The notes under the pieces were generated by a model that made no database searches, was not told where the DNA came from, and worked only from the letters and a program-made list of their open reading frames with translations. This document shows positions 52,137-52,194 of a DNA stretch of 52,194 nucleotides, piece by piece. Origin of the DNA: a virus (Duplodnaviria > Caudoviricetes); the IMG/VR virus record IMGVR_UViG_3300033141_005196, positions 1 to 52,194 of that record, one strand, 5' to 3'. How positions within the stretch are numbered: position 1 is the first letter of the stretch; the number at the start of each line of letters is the position of its first letter. The translations under genes were made by a program, and so were the position numbers.

Positions 52137-52194
52137 AAACAAGCGCGGAGACGAGCGAGCGCATGAGCACAGGCGCGCATGTATATTAAAAAAA

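Larger units (their letters stand above)
1..52194. mobile_element. Tailed dsDNA bacteriophage genome (siphovirus-like), probably complete and circular or circularly permuted
   Basis: Full gene set from terminase, portal and capsid to tail, lysis and DNA polymerase in two convergent arms; window begins with A18 and ends in an A-run, consistent with a circle opened at a homopolymer. Confidence 0.93.

Noticed and set aside
50551-52180. ORF-track ORFs in the terminal region (50551, 50728, 50802, 50835, 51269, 51309, 51355, 51546, 51875)
   Set aside because: No convincing RBS; translations simply mirror the DNA motifs (WH/CQ/LQ/SIQYL)
1-52194. Lysogeny module, tRNA genes or alternative genetic code
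   Set aside because: No integrase or CI-like repressor recognised, no cloverleaf noticed by eye, and core genes are intact under the standard code

Overview
The window looks like a complete or nearly complete ~52 kb tailed dsDNA phage genome with a siphovirus-type tail module. Both ends lie in one poly-A tract, so the contig is probably circular. The + strand arm (~300-20930) carries many small early genes, including several paralogous Cys-rich families. It also carries a replication/recombination module: PD-(D/E)XK nuclease, ATP-dependent ligase, DHH phosphoesterase, AAA_24/Sak4-like ATPase, DUF669-like SSB, ParB-methyltransferase fusion, UDG-PolA fusion and a DUF3987-like ATPase. The - strand arm (~49850-20920) carries terminase, portal, protease, scaffold, capsid, head-tail and tail genes and a lysis cassette. 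No integrase, tRNA or CRISPR array was seen. The most unusual signals are: (1) a ~2.3 kb mostly non-coding region with 15 matches to the sigma-54 -24/-12 element in both orientations, mostly 18 bp apart, next to other motif arrays (TGTCG, GATCAT, a 15-bp tandem repeat, IHF-like sites); (2) a 24-bp palindrome present 7 times, mostly at gene boundaries, two copies of which bracket (3) a tail-fibre-region cassette in which five proteins have predicted signal peptides; (4) GT9-like glycosyltransferase/methyltransferase genes inserted inside the virion morphogenesis operon. All functional calls come from motif recognition by eye; no database search was run.
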